A DNA stretch of 64,000 bases from Patescibacteria group bacterium (GCA_052034495.1 JBPOIL010000001.1:14-64013), one strand, 5' to 3'; shown: positions 8,826 to 17,987, counted from the stretch's first letter. Notes: a model not told the origin generated them from the letters alone. A program made the numbers and translations.

Positions 8826-9005
8826 ATGCTCGAAGGAGCCGGAAGAGAAGAGCTCGGCGAAGACTTCTGGGGGCCCAGCGAGCCGCCCGGCATGATGGAG
8901 ACGCTCAGCAAAGGCTGCGCAGAAGACAGCATGCTCACCCTTGTGTTCATGGCAATCATGTTCACGATCGGCTGGAACCTGCGTCGCACGAAGAAGGTGC
9001 GGTGA
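8826..9005 (+). CDS. small membrane protein (59 aa), hypothetical
   Basis: ATG with GGAGGGAG RBS 10 nt upstream. One TM helix (MLTLVFMAIMFTIGW). ~63% GC. Confidence 0.4.
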   Translation: MLEGAGREELGEDFWGPSEPPGMMETLSKGCAEDSMLTLVFMAIMFTIGWNLRRTKKVR

Positions 9006-9340
9006 TGGCACGCGAAACCGTCCTTGTCACCGCCATCAGTGAGCTGCTCGATGACGTTCACAACGGCCTGCCACCGACGGTCGCCATGCCCCGGCTCGAG
9101 GAGTTGCTCGCAGACCACGAGGCCGAAACATCGCGGCTGAGAGCTGCCCTGGAAGAGATCGATAATCTCGACCCAGACGACTTCAAGATCGGCCAAAGGC
9201 ATCTTGGGGTGGCCTTCAGGGAAGTTGACTTCGCATGCGTGGTTCGTAAGATCACGCAGATCGTGAACCGCACCCTGCATGGCACCGACGAACACGGCCA
9301 GCCTCTTGCCGAGGAAGGGTCGACCGATGTTCCGTCCTGA
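9002..9340 (+). CDS. hypothetical protein (112 aa)
   Basis: TGATG stop/start overlap with the upstream ORF. Acidic protein in the GC-rich island. The 233-aa minus-strand ORF over the same region looks like an antisense artefact. Confidence 0.4.
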   Translation: MMARETVLVTAISELLDDVHNGLPPTVAMPRLEELLADHEAETSRLRAALEEIDNLDPDDFKIGQRHLGVAFREVDFACVVRKITQIVNRTLHGTDEHGQPLAEEGSTDVPS

Positions 9341-9452
9341 GGCCTTCGCCCACACCATCATGATCATGCGGCTCTGTGCCCTCGGTGCAGCTTTCGTGGT
9401 CATGATCCAAATCCCGCTCCTCGTGAGCAACTTCACCGTCGCCCGGCGCTAG
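9327..9452 (+). CDS. tiny hydrophobic ORF (41 aa), doubtful
   Basis: RBS GGAAGGG. Product MFRPEAFAHTIMIMRLCALGAAFVVMIQIPLLVSNFTVARR. Its stop codon lies inside the terminator hairpin. Confidence 0.2.
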   Translation: MFRPEAFAHTIMIMRLCALGAAFVVMIQIPLLVSNFTVARR

Positions 9453-9475
9453 CCGGGCGACGGTTCGCCTTTTAC
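9438..9475 (+). terminator. rho-independent terminator GTCGCCCGGC-gcta-GCCGGGCGAC + T-run
   Basis: Perfect 10-bp GC stem. Confidence 0.55.
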
Positions 9476-9500
9476 GCGCAAATTCCCTATTATATAAGCC

Positions 9501-10553
9501 ATGATTATCCTAGCCATCGAATCCAGTTGTGACGAAACTGCCTGCGCCATAGTGCGTGATGGTCGTGACGTCCTCGCTAACGTCATCTCCTCGCAAATCG
9601 ATATTCACGCCCAGTACGGCGGCGTTGTGCCAGAGGTAGCGGCCCGCAGTCATATAGAAGTCATTATCCCCGTCATCGAGCAAGCCCTGACTGAAGCCAA
9701 GCTAACTTGGGACGACATTGATGCCATTGCCACCACTCGTGGCCCGGGGCTCATTGGGTCACTCCTGATCGGCACGCTTACCGCCCGCACTATTGCCATG
9801 GTCAAAGGTAAGCCACTCATTGGCGTGAACCACATCATCGCCCACGCCTTTGCAGCCTTCCTAACTGATAATCAGCCAAAGTTCCCCATCCTAGCTCTAA
9901 CAGTCTCTGGTGGACACTCCGCGCTTACTTTGTACAGCGAAAAGCTAGAACGAACCTTGATCGGCGAAACGCGCGACGATGCCGCCGGCGAGGCGTTCGA
10001 TAAGGTTGCTAAACTCCTTGGTCTCCCCTACCCTGGTGGCCCGGCTATAGATAAGGCGGCACAAAATGGCGATGAGGATAAATACAAGTTCCCGATTGCT
10101 CGACTGTCCACCCAGCCCGGCTTAAACACAAACGATAGCTACGACTTTAGCTTTTCTGGCCTTAAGACTGCCGTGCTCCGCCAAGTGCAGGAAATCACTG
10201 GCCATAATCCGGGCGACCTAAGCCTGCCGAAGACGTACAAGCTTGATCAGCAAGTAGTAAATGACATTGCCGCAAGCTTCCAAAAGGCCGTGGTAACCGC
10301 CTTGGTGCGCAACACCGTTCGAGCGGCCGAAGAGTTTCAGCCCGCCAGCATCGTCGTCGGGGGTGGTGTAGCCTGTAATCAAAAACTGCGCTCGGAGCTT
10401 TTAAGTAAGCTACCGAACGCAATCTTCGTTCCTCCTGTATTATGCACGGACAATGCCGCTATGATTGGCGCACTTGCCTACCGCATGGCCAAGCAAGATA
10501 TGTTTTCGAGTCCAGAGTCACTTGTGGCAGATTCAAGTTTGGAAGATCTCTAA
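9501..10553 (+). CDS. tsaD: tRNA N6-adenosine threonylcarbamoyltransferase TsaD (Kae1/TsaD family)
   Basis: N-terminus MIILAIESSCDETACAIV plus HIAGH-like motifs; 350 aa. Confidence 0.85.
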   Translation: MIILAIESSCDETACAIVRDGRDVLANVISSQIDIHAQYGGVVPEVAARSHIEVIIPVIEQALTEAKLTWDDIDAIATTRGPGLIGSLLIGTLTARTIAMVKGKPLIGVNHIIAHAFAAFLTDNQPKFPILALTVSGGHSALTLYSEKLERTLIGETRDDAAGEAFDKVAKLLGLPYPGGPAIDKAAQNGDEDKYKFPIARLSTQPGLNTNDSYDFSFSGLKTAVLRQVQEITGHNPGDLSLPKTYKLDQQVVNDIAASFQKAVVTALVRNTVRAAEEFQPASIVVGGGVACNQKLRSELLSKLPNAIFVPPVLCTDNAAMIGALAYRMAKQDMFSSPESLVADSSLEDL

Positions 10554-10556
10554 TTC

Positions 10557-10940
10557 CTAATGGTCTTCCTCGCCATAGCCTTCGTAGTCCTCTTCACTTT
10601 CAGGCCTTTCTCTGTCGGCGCCCTTATCAGCCTCTGGCAGAGGTGTGCTTTCTTCAACCGCTCCCGTCTCTAAGAGACTATTCAGAGCACTTAATGCTCG
10701 CTCTGCTGCCTCTTTGGCCTCTGAAATTGCGGCTACTGCTTCCGATCTATCCACCATTGGGTTGACCCTATGTGACATCACAGTTTGAGTAGCCCCTTCC
10801 ATGATCCGAGCACTGTCAGCGATAATTGCATCTACCTTATCAGCCTCTTTATACACATCGATTGCCCCTCGATATTCCGAGCTTCCCCCCGATGGATATC
10901 TCCCCGGTGAAATTGGTTCGCCGCCTGATCTGTCTGGCAT
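10557..10940 (-). CDS. hypothetical protein with acidic C-terminal tail (127 aa)
   Basis: Track ORF trimmed to the ATG with AAAGGAGAT RBS. The longer N-terminal extension overlaps valS. Confidence 0.4.
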   Translation of the reverse strand: MPDRSGGEPISPGRYPSGGSSEYRGAIDVYKEADKVDAIIADSARIMEGATQTVMSHRVNPMVDRSEAVAAISEAKEAAERALSALNSLLETGAVEESTPLPEADKGADRERPESEEDYEGYGEEDH

Positions 10941-11071
10941 ATATCTCCTTTTTGTTTTCGTAATCTTGTACACCATTATAGCAAACCATAAGCGTCTTGT
11001 CAAGATACCCACGCTCGCCCACCCTGGAATCTGGCGGCCAATTCGGGTATACTTCGGCCATGGAATCATCA

Positions 11072-13432
11072 ATGCCGAAGGCATACCAGCCAGGCGAATA
11101 TGAAGAGCGTTTGTACAAGATGTGGGAAGAATCAGGAGCATTCAAGCCTAATTTAGACACGCCCAAATCCCCCTTCAGCATCATCCTGCCACCGCCGAAC
11201 GCCAATGGCAACCTGCACACTGGTCACGCCATGTATGTGGTAGAAGACATCATGGTGCGCTACCGCCGGATGCAAGGCCACCCTACCCTGTGGCTCCCGG
11301 GCACCGATCACGCTGGGATTGAAACCCAAGTGGTATTCGAGCGAGAGCTAGCCAAAGAAGGCAAAAGCCGCTTCGACTTCACTCCACAGGAATTTTACGA
11401 AGCTGCACTAGCCTACACCAAGCAGAACCAGCACAACATCGTCTCTCAGCTTAAGTCCCTGGGCTTTTCACTCGACTGGAGCCGACTCAAGTTCACTCTA
11501 GACGAAGACATTATCGAAACAGTTTACGAAACATTCAAGCGCCTCGAAGCCGATGGCCACATTTACCGCGGCGACCGCATTGTAAACTGGTGCCCGCACT
11601 GCCGTTCCAGCTTTGCTGATATCGAAATTAAGCATCGTGACCAGATTGACCCGCTCTACTACGTGAAATACGGGCCGTTTGTAGTCGCTACCGTTCGCCC
11701 AGAACCAATGTTTGCCGATACTGGCATTGCCGTGCACCCCGAAGATGAGCGCTACAAGGAGTGGATTGGCCAAGAAGTCGAAGTCGACCTATTGTGGGGA
11801 CCACGTAAGCTTAAGGTAATTGGCGATCGGCACGTCGATCCAGACTTTGGTACTGGTGTGGTAAAGATTACTCCTGCGCACGACCCTAATGACTGGGAAA
11901 TGGCGCAACGCCATGGCCTAGAAGTAATTAGCGGCATTGGCACAGATGGCTTGCTTACAGAAGCAGCGGGACGCTACGCCGGCATGACCGTGCTCGAGGC
12001 TCGAGACGCTGTGGCGCACGACCTGGAAGAGCGCGGGCTGATCGACCACATTGATATGAACCGTGAGCACTCCATTGCCTACCACGATCGCTGCGGCAAC
12101 CTGATCGAACCGTTAGTCACCGAGCAGTGGTGGATCAAGGTGGATGAGCTTAAAAAGCCGGCTATTGCCGCTGTGAAAAACGGCGAGATCAACATTGTTC
12201 CCGCCCGATTCAAGAAATCCTACATAGACTGGCTCGAGAACCTGCGCGACTGGAACATTAGCCGCCAAAGCTGGTTTGGCATTCACATACCTGTATACTA
12301 CAGCGCCGGCAGCGACAAATCTAAGAAGCCATACATCATAACCAACGATGAAGCCGAGGCGAAGGCCTACTACGGCGAGGGTAACTATGAGCGTGAAACC
12401 GACACCTTTGACACCTGGTTCTCTAGTGGCCAGTGGCCTTTTGCCACCTTGATGGCAACTGGCGACTTCGAAACCTTCTACCCTACTACCGTTATGGAAA
12501 CTGGCCGGGACATCCTCTTCCAGTGGGTAACACGCATGGTTATGCTCGGCACCTATCGCACTGGTAAGGTTCCGTTCGAAAACGTTTACCTCCACGGGCT
12601 CGTAAACGACGCTCATGGCAAAAAGATGAGCAAATCCAAGGGCAACGTGCTCAACCCGCTCGAATTAACCGAAGAATATGGAACCGACGCGCTACGCCTG
12701 GCGCTCACCATCGGCATTACTCCTGGTAACGACGGCGCGCTGTCAAACGAAAAAGTTAAGGGCTACCGCAACTTCTGTAATAAGCTCTGGAATGTTGCAC
12801 GATTTGTTTTGGCCAAGGTTCCTGCCGACTACTCCCCTTCCCAACCCGAGGTCACTTCCAACGCTGACCACTACATGGCCCGCGAACTTAGCGAGGCTAG
12901 TGACTTCGTAACTGAGCAGATCGAGGCTTATCGGTTCTCCGAAGCTGGCCAAGCACTCTACTCCCTGCTGTGGGACAAGTTCGCCGACCGCTACATCGAG
13001 TACTCCAAGTCCACTCTAAATCCTGATATGCTCGCCACTACGCTGGATACTATCCTACGCTTGCTCCACCCTATCGCGCCTTTTGTAACCGAAGCTATTT
13101 GGCAGGAACTTCCGTGGACTGATTCCCAGGTCATGACCGAACAATGGCCGAATATCCAACTTTCCTACGACAGCTCAAAGGCCGACAAGTTCGAGCGTGA
13201 AATTATCGACCTCATTGCCCAGAAGGCCGCAGGGGAAGATGCGCAACGCCGTAAGGCCCTAGAGCGCGAACTTGCACTCAAACAAAATGCCGTACGGATA
13301 AGCGAGCAGAAACTAGCCAGCGAAGCATTTGTAGCCAACGCACCGAGCGAAGTCGTGGAAGCCGAGCGTAAGCGGCTTGATGATGCTAAAATAGCAGTAG
13401 CAGAGCTGCAAACAAGCATTGATTCGATCTAA
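11072..13432 (+). CDS. valS: valine--tRNA ligase
   Basis: HIGH-type (PNANGNLHTGHA) and KMSKS motifs. N-terminus MPKAYQPGEYEERLYKMWEE. Track ORF start trimmed. Confidence 0.9.
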   Translation: MPKAYQPGEYEERLYKMWEESGAFKPNLDTPKSPFSIILPPPNANGNLHTGHAMYVVEDIMVRYRRMQGHPTLWLPGTDHAGIETQVVFERELAKEGKSRFDFTPQEFYEAALAYTKQNQHNIVSQLKSLGFSLDWSRLKFTLDEDIIETVYETFKRLEADGHIYRGDRIVNWCPHCRSSFADIEIKHRDQIDPLYYVKYGPFVVATVRPEPMFADTGIAVHPEDERYKEWIGQEVEVDLLWGPRKLKVIGDRHVDPDFGTGVVKITPAHDPNDWEMAQRHGLEVISGIGTDGLLTEAAGRYAGMTVLEARDAVAHDLEERGLIDHIDMNREHSIAYHDRCGNLIEPLVTEQWWIKVDELKKPAIAAVKNGEINIVPARFKKSYIDWLENLRDWNISRQSWFGIHIPVYYSAGSDKSKKPYIITNDEAEAKAYYGEGNYERETDTFDTWFSSGQWPFATLMATGDFETFYPTTVMETGRDILFQWVTRMVMLGTYRTGKVPFENVYLHGLVNDAHGKKMSKSKGNVLNPLELTEEYGTDALRLALTIGITPGNDGALSNEKVKGYRNFCNKLWNVARFVLAKVPADYSPSQPEVTSNADHYMARELSEASDFVTEQIEAYRFSEAGQALYSLLWDKFADRYIEYSKSTLNPDMLATTLDTILRLLHPIAPFVTEAIWQELPWTDSQVMTEQWPNIQLSYDSSKADKFEREIIDLIAQKAAGEDAQRRKALERELALKQNAVRISEQKLASEAFVANAPSEVVEAERKRLDDAKIAVAELQTSIDSI

Positions 13433-13440
13433 GAAACCCC

Positions 13441-14331
13441 TTGAAGACTAAGACTCACAACAAACACTCGTTCTGGCCCCTCGCAGCCGGCGTGTTCCTC
13501 GCCGCTGGTGTTGTTTTTGCGTTATCCGCGCCGAGTGTACTTGCATGGCGAGACAGGGAAGTGTCGACGCTGATTACCAAATCCGCCACCGCCAAGAACC
13601 AAGCACAGCAAGAAGAGTACCTTGCTCAAGCAAACATCATTGGCTGGGGAGGGGAGCAGGCACCAAAGGCATTGGCGGATTACTATTTGGCTAATGGCCG
13701 CTACGACAAGGCCTGGCGTACGCTTTCGCAGTGGCCGCTTAAGCCTGATTACGCCCGGCTTGGCAACTACGCTCTTATTGCACAGGAATATTCACCTGCC
13801 CAGCGATTTTACGCCCGGGCAATAAGTCAAAAGGGTACCGCGGCAGCACATGTGGGCCTCGCAGCCGCGCAGTTTAATCGAGGGGACCTTAAGAATGGTT
13901 GTGCAAACGCAGCCAAAGCTACTAAGTTGGACTTGAACTACGAAAAAGCCCAGCAAATGGCTACGGCCTGCCTGCTGATTAATCCAAAGGAGGCAACGCT
14001 CCAGCGTGCAAACTACCCTTTGCTAGCTTCTGCGCAACTCAGCTCGGCCCGTGGGCAAGGCGTATTCCTTATTCAGAATCAAATATATAAAGAAGGGGAG
14101 AAGCGACTCGCAGCCACCGACAAGACCCCGGCGGACTGGCTCATGCTTGCCGGACTCGCCAGCGCCCGTGGTGATCACAAGCTAGCTGTACAACGAGGAG
14201 AGCAGGGGATCAATCTTGACAGGTCAAATCCAGAATTGAATAGGTTGCTAGCCAATTCATATCGAGCTCTAGGCCAAGCCAAGGCCGACTTCTATACCCG
14301 TAGGCTCGAATCCCTACCCCTTGACAAATAG
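13441..14331 (+). CDS. membrane-anchored TPR-like repeat protein, hypothetical
   Basis: N-terminal TM helix; repeated A/L-rich helical hairpins. Confidence 0.4.
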   Translation: MKTKTHNKHSFWPLAAGVFLAAGVVFALSAPSVLAWRDREVSTLITKSATAKNQAQQEEYLAQANIIGWGGEQAPKALADYYLANGRYDKAWRTLSQWPLKPDYARLGNYALIAQEYSPAQRFYARAISQKGTAAAHVGLAAAQFNRGDLKNGCANAAKATKLDLNYEKAQQMATACLLINPKEATLQRANYPLLASAQLSSARGQGVFLIQNQIYKEGEKRLAATDKTPADWLMLAGLASARGDHKLAVQRGEQGINLDRSNPELNRLLANSYRALGQAKADFYTRRLESLPLDK

Positions 14332-14434
14332 CATAATCATTATTCATATGAAGGGTTTACAAACCCCTTAAAATATGTCCGTGTTATGTTCGTTTTATAA
14401 GGTTTGGCTGTGGAGGCAGCGATTCCCCTTACCC

Positions 14435-14463
14435 TTGGCGCGGGGCGTGAAAAACATTATAAT
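14435..14463 (+). promoter_or_regulatory. sigma70-like promoter TTGGCG-17-TATAAT upstream of tRNA-Ser pair
   Basis: TTGGCGcggggcgtgaaaaacatTATAAT. Confidence 0.4.
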
Positions 14464-14517
14464 ATCGAGGCTGTTATAGCACGGCCCAATGACGTAAACT
14501 AGAAAGTGCGCTATCGC

Positions 14518-14611
14518 GGAGAGGTACCCAAGTGGCTATAAGGGGACGGTTTGCTAAACCGTTAGTAGGGAGCAATCTCTAGCGAGGGTTCGAATCCCTC
14601 CCTCTCCGCCA
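14518..14611 (+). tRNA. tRNA-Ser (anticodon GCT)
   Basis: GGAGAGG...CCTCTCC acceptor stem, anticodon loop cTGCTAa, long variable arm, GGTTCGAATCC T-arm, encoded CCA. Confidence 0.85.
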
Positions 14612-14632
14612 AATTTATATAGCACTCCCTAC

Positions 14633-14722
14633 GGAGAGGTGTCCGAGTGGTTGAAGGAACTGGTCTTGAAAACCAGCAGGCGGGAAACCGTCTCGTGGGT
14701 TCGAATCCCACCCTCTCCGCCA
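14633..14722 (+). tRNA. tRNA-Ser (anticodon TGA)
   Basis: Same acceptor stem, anticodon loop cTTGAAa, long variable arm, GGTTCGAATCC, CCA. Confidence 0.85.
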
Positions 14723-14748
14723 TGGAATTATCAAAGTTAGGACCCAAA

Positions 14749-15270
14749 ATGAGCACTATTGAAATGCTAGACCTAGTAGATGCCGACGACAACCTGATTA
14801 AGGCTGTATCGCGGGACGAAGTATATGAAGAGAACCTAGAATTTGTGCGTGTAATTGATGCTTTTATCATTAATCGCGAGGGGAAGATCTGGATCCCAAC
14901 ACGTCATATGCAAAAGCGCATCATGCCAGGCGGTTTCGATATGGGAGTTGGTGGGCATGTAGAGCACGGCGAGACCTACCTGGAAGCCTTCCGCAAGGAA
15001 GCTGGCGAGGAACTTGGTTGGGACATAGGCTCGCTAGAATACAGAGAGACCGGTAAGTACGGACCAAAGGATGGTCTACACCAAGTAGTATCCACTGTAT
15101 ACGAGATCAAGTCGGATACTGCGCCAGAACTTAACCCAGACGACTTTACGTCAGCCGAATGGCTAACCCCGCAAGAAGTAGCTGGCAAGATTGCTGCTGG
15201 CCACCCTGCAAAGATGAACTTACTCCCCTTACTAAAACTCGTTTACGGGGTAAAGGAAAAAGCACTATGA
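14749..15270 (+). CDS. Nudix hydrolase
   Basis: Nudix box GGHVEHGETYLEAFRKEAGEELG. The track ORF start lies inside the tRNA, so it was trimmed to MSTIEML. Confidence 0.75.
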   Translation: MSTIEMLDLVDADDNLIKAVSRDEVYEENLEFVRVIDAFIINREGKIWIPTRHMQKRIMPGGFDMGVGGHVEHGETYLEAFRKEAGEELGWDIGSLEYRETGKYGPKDGLHQVVSTVYEIKSDTAPELNPDDFTSAEWLTPQEVAGKIAAGHPAKMNLLPLLKLVYGVKEKAL

Positions 15271-15620
15271 ACCCAAACGTACAACTCAAACAATCCCCCA
15301 AGGCCAAGCCGAAGGAAAAGTACTGGCATATTCATGCTGGCAAGCTTCGTGCTGGGCACATTGCGATTAAAGAATCTAACAATGATGCGCTTGGTGAGCA
15401 CTATTCAATTGATATACATATTAACCAGCGCATGAGGGGCAAGGGGATAGGCAAAGCTGCCTACAAGCAAGCAAGCATCAAAAGCGGCTACCCTGTTATT
15501 TACGCACATATGCGTAAATCTAACCTTGCATCGCAAAAAGCTGCCGAAGCTGCCGGCTACAAAGTCGTCGAGATACCAGGCGACAATCAGCTCACCATGA
15601 AGTGGGAAGCCGAAGCCTAG
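15267..15620 (+). CDS. GNAT-family N-acetyltransferase (small)
   Basis: RGKGIGK acetyl-CoA-binding motif. ATGA overlap with the Nudix stop. Trimmed to MNPNVQL. Confidence 0.55.
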   Translation: MNPNVQLKQSPKAKPKEKYWHIHAGKLRAGHIAIKESNNDALGEHYSIDIHINQRMRGKGIGKAAYKQASIKSGYPVIYAHMRKSNLASQKAAEAAGYKVVEIPGDNQLTMKWEAEA

Positions 15621-15678
15621 AATTATCGACAATGCCTTGGCTTTACGTCATAATAGGGGTGATAAAGCATAGGCATTA

Positions 15679-16353
15679 ATGCAAGATGACGAACTAAAAC
15701 CAGGCGTAGCATACACACCAAAGCCAGCAGAGCCTCACACTGCCGACCAGAATGCCTCTGTGGTCCCACAGCAAGCCCCTCAGGCTCCGCAACAACAGTT
15801 CGCGTCAAATACGCCACCCCAGGGGCTTGATACGCCCAACCAACCGCTAGACGCCCCTGAGGACTACGAGGACGAAGAAGTCGACCCTACGTCGGAAACC
15901 ACACTTATGAGCTGGAACGCTCCTGAGTTTACTTTTACTAACAAGCCAAGTGGTTGGTACTTGCTCCTCGGCCTATTCTTCCTAGTTCTTATCGGGCTTG
16001 CCATCTACACCAAGCAATACTTCACTATCGCCCTATTAGTGCTCATGAACATTGCACTGGTCATTTACGCTCGTCGCAAGCCGCGGACCCTAAACTACAC
16101 ACTTACCACGCATGGCGTCCATGTAGGGGATAAGGCCTACCCCTTCGATAGCTTCTCCTCATTCTACGAAATTAGTGACTACGGCCAGCGCGTCATCGAG
16201 CTCGTCCCTGCCAAGCAGTTCGGTACGCTGGTTTCCCTGCCAGTAGAAGATGACCAGGAAAACACTGTAGAAGAGCTACTTGGTAGCGTCCTGCCCAAGG
16301 TTCCTGCGCGTAACGACATGATTGATCGCTTGCTACGCACCCTGCGGTTCTAA
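15679..16353 (+). CDS. membrane protein, hypothetical (acidic/Pro-Gln-rich N-terminus, 2 TM)
   Basis: Hydrophobic segments LLLGLFFLVLIGLAIY and IALLVLMNIALVIY. Confidence 0.45.
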   Translation: MQDDELKPGVAYTPKPAEPHTADQNASVVPQQAPQAPQQQFASNTPPQGLDTPNQPLDAPEDYEDEEVDPTSETTLMSWNAPEFTFTNKPSGWYLLLGLFFLVLIGLAIYTKQYFTIALLVLMNIALVIYARRKPRTLNYTLTTHGVHVGDKAYPFDSFSSFYEISDYGQRVIELVPAKQFGTLVSLPVEDDQENTVEELLGSVLPKVPARNDMIDRLLRTLRF

Positions 16354-16410
16354 CTTTACGCCCAAGCACAAATAAGGTAGAATAGCGGTTGCTCCGCCAG
16401 TTATTCATGT

Positions 16411-16487
16411 GTACCCGTAGCTCAGTTGGATAGAGCGTCGGCTTGCGGAGCCGAAGGTCGCAGGTTCGAGTCCCGCCGGGTACACCA
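16411..16487 (+). tRNA. tRNA-Arg (anticodon GCG, unusual)
   Basis: Cloverleaf: GTACCCG acceptor, D-arm GCTCAGTTGGATAGAGC, anticodon stem TCGGC/GCCGA with loop TTGCGGA, T-arm TTCGAGT, discriminator A, CCA. Confidence 0.7.
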
Positions 16488-16502
16488 AGCATAAGCATTA
16501 TG

Positions 16503-16531
16503 ATAGAGACTCCGCGAGGGGTCTTTTTTGT
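16503..16531 (+). terminator. rho-independent terminator AGACTCC-gcga-GGGGTCT + T6
   Basis: Hairpin followed by TTTTTT. Confidence 0.55.
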
Positions 16532-16601
16532 TATGCTCGTAATCACTCACCCCCTAGAATATAGTTGTAATGCACCTTACAAACACAGAAAGGGTTTCGA
16601 T

Positions 16602-17231
16602 ATGCTTTTGCGCAAAACAAAGGCGCAGTATGTCGAGGCCGCACTACTGGTCATGACATTCTCGCGCCTATTCCTGGCCTTCGGCCTAGCCATGGCTACG
16701 CAGCGCTCTGTTGCGGAGTCTGCTGTTTGGCTCATGGTAGTAATCGTCGCCGATATCTTTGATGGTGTTATTGCTAGACAGTTTGGCGACGATACAGTTT
16801 GGCGACGAATAACAGATGCCGCGGTGGACCGGCTATCCATCTGGGTGGTCTTTGCCGTTGCACTCCAGGGACGAGAGACCCTTTGGCTGTTCTACCTGCC
16901 CCTAGCAATCAGGGGTCTAATCCTGTCTACTGGGAGCTTGCTCTGTTTCTGGCGGAAGCGAACGGTCACAATTGGAGGGAGGTGGCATAAAGCCTCCAGT
17001 CTCTCACTAGCTGCATTTGGATTGGCTCTCTTGGTGGGAAATGAAAATCTGGTATGGGCGACTGCCATACCAGCCTGGGTAATCAATTGGGTCCTGCTCT
17101 TTGATTATCTGCCTATCCAGGTAGCAATACTGGGCCAGCCACCCTCAGTCAGTACGAGCCTTGAGCCAACCCGTGTTTCAATTCGAAGGCTTGAGGGGTT
17201 ACGGTCTGTAAGCAGGTCATGGCGCAAGTAA
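16602..17231 (+). CDS. CDP-alcohol phosphatidyltransferase family protein
   Basis: DIFDGVIARQFGDDTVWRRITDAAVD motif. RBS AGAAAGGG. The track ORF start overlaps the tRNA, so it was trimmed. Confidence 0.7.
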   Translation: MLLRKTKAQYVEAALLVMTFSRLFLAFGLAMATQRSVAESAVWLMVVIVADIFDGVIARQFGDDTVWRRITDAAVDRLSIWVVFAVALQGRETLWLFYLPLAIRGLILSTGSLLCFWRKRTVTIGGRWHKASSLSLAAFGLALLVGNENLVWATAIPAWVINWVLLFDYLPIQVAILGQPPSVSTSLEPTRVSIRRLEGLRSVSRSWRK

Positions 17232-17246
17232 TGGGCAAGGCGGGCG

Positions 17247-17339
17247 AAAGGACCTGCGAGCCCTCGGGCGACTTAGAATACCTAGGTCGCTTCTTTCGTT
17301 ATTATCTTAAAAACAATATAGGTCGAGGGGTGGGGTGGG
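17247..17339 (+). repeat. composite of motifs shared with the GC-rich islands (AAAGGACC...GGTCGCTTCTTTCG; GGTCGAGGGGTGGGGTGGG)
   Basis: Resembles the terminator motif at 5311-5348 and 20635-20666, and the GTCGAGGGGYGGGGT motif at 1896-1910. Confidence 0.35.
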
Positions 17340-17407
17340 CACTAACTCGCTACCAGGATGGTTCTGACTTCGTCGAGCACGCTACACCAACGCAATCATT
17401 CAAACCA

Positions 17408-17433
17408 AGACCCCTCTCGGGGTCTTTTTTGTT
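17408..17433 (+). terminator. rho-independent terminator AGACCCC-tctc-GGGGTCT + T6
   Basis: Near-identical stem to the terminator at 16503. Confidence 0.55.
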
Positions 17434-17437
17434 AAGC

Positions 17438-17466
17438 TTGTTATTCATCTAGGGAGGTCGTATGAT
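17438..17466 (+). promoter_or_regulatory. sigma70-like promoter TTGTTA-17-TATGAT
   Basis: TTGTTAttcatctagggaggtcgTATGAT, upstream of the small-ORF pair. Confidence 0.4.
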
Positions 17467-17514
17467 ATCGCTGTTCAGCCAATTTGCGACACTTAGGCCA
17501 GGAGGTCTAGACAT

Positions 17515-17760
17515 ATGAGCTCTAAGCTTGATTCAGTGCCCCCACTCCCTGCGCTGAGGCGACGACTTCAGGCCAGCTGTCCCAACGAGCCAGCCCAATG
17601 GGTTGTGTGGAGGGCTCGTCAACAGGGCGTGATGTTCTTGGCCTGGCCTCCAATCCTGTTCTGGCTGGTCACCGACATCTATGCCTTCGCGCTTCTTGGG
17701 GCCGCCATCGCCGTGGTCTCACTCGTGTTCGGCTTCATCGCCAGCGGGAAGAGGGAATAA
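17515..17760 (+). CDS. small membrane protein (81 aa), hypothetical; ~65% GC
   Basis: AGGAGG RBS 10 nt upstream. C-terminal TM helices FLAWPPILFWLVTDIYAFALLGAAIAVVSLVFGFIA. Confidence 0.45.
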   Translation: MSSKLDSVPPLPALRRRLQASCPNEPAQWVVWRARQQGVMFLAWPPILFWLVTDIYAFALLGAAIAVVSLVFGFIASGKRE

Positions 17761-17795
17761 GGAGAAGGAGACTCTTCGGCTGAAGGGAGGAGCAC

Positions 17796-17975
17796 ATGAA
17801 GATTCGAGGCTTCAAGGCCTGGAACTGGCGATCAGTCCATCGGCCCATCTTCTACGCCGAACGATGGGACGACAAGAGGTTTGGCATCTGGATCGATTGG
17901 GGCAACGGCACCTGTGATCCGGTCTGGACACTCGGAGTCGAAATCTCTTTCGGCAAGGAGGACACAACTGAATAG
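17796..17975 (+). CDS. small Trp-rich protein (59 aa), hypothetical
   Basis: AAGGGAGGAG RBS. Product MKIRGFKAWNWRSVHRPIFYAERWDDKRFGIWIDWGNGTCDPVWTLGVEISFGKEDTTE. Below the track cutoff. Confidence 0.4.
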   Translation: MKIRGFKAWNWRSVHRPIFYAERWDDKRFGIWIDWGNGTCDPVWTLGVEISFGKEDTTE

Positions 17976-17987
17976 AGGGAACACCAC

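Noticed and set aside
8735-9436. 233-aa minus-strand ORF spanning GC island D
   Set aside because: There is no RBS or promoter context and the sequence is low-complexity. The plus strand carries a promoter, a strong RBS, translationally coupled ORFs and a terminator, so the minus-strand ORF is judged an antisense artefact.
14647-14748. Track ORF start for the Nudix gene inside tRNA-Ser(TGA)
   Set aside because: A coding start cannot sit within the tRNA, so the CDS was trimmed to the ATG at 14749.
16443-16601. N-terminal part of track ORF 16443..17231 and minus-strand ORF 16193..16546
   Set aside because: Both overlap tRNA-Arg and its terminator. The CDP-alcohol phosphatidyltransferase starts at the RBS-preceded ATG at 16602.
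17219-17452. 77-aa plus-strand ORF between the phosphatidyltransferase gene and island E
   Set aside because: It reads through repeat motifs and a rho-independent terminator. It has no RBS and its C-terminus is hydrophobic junk.
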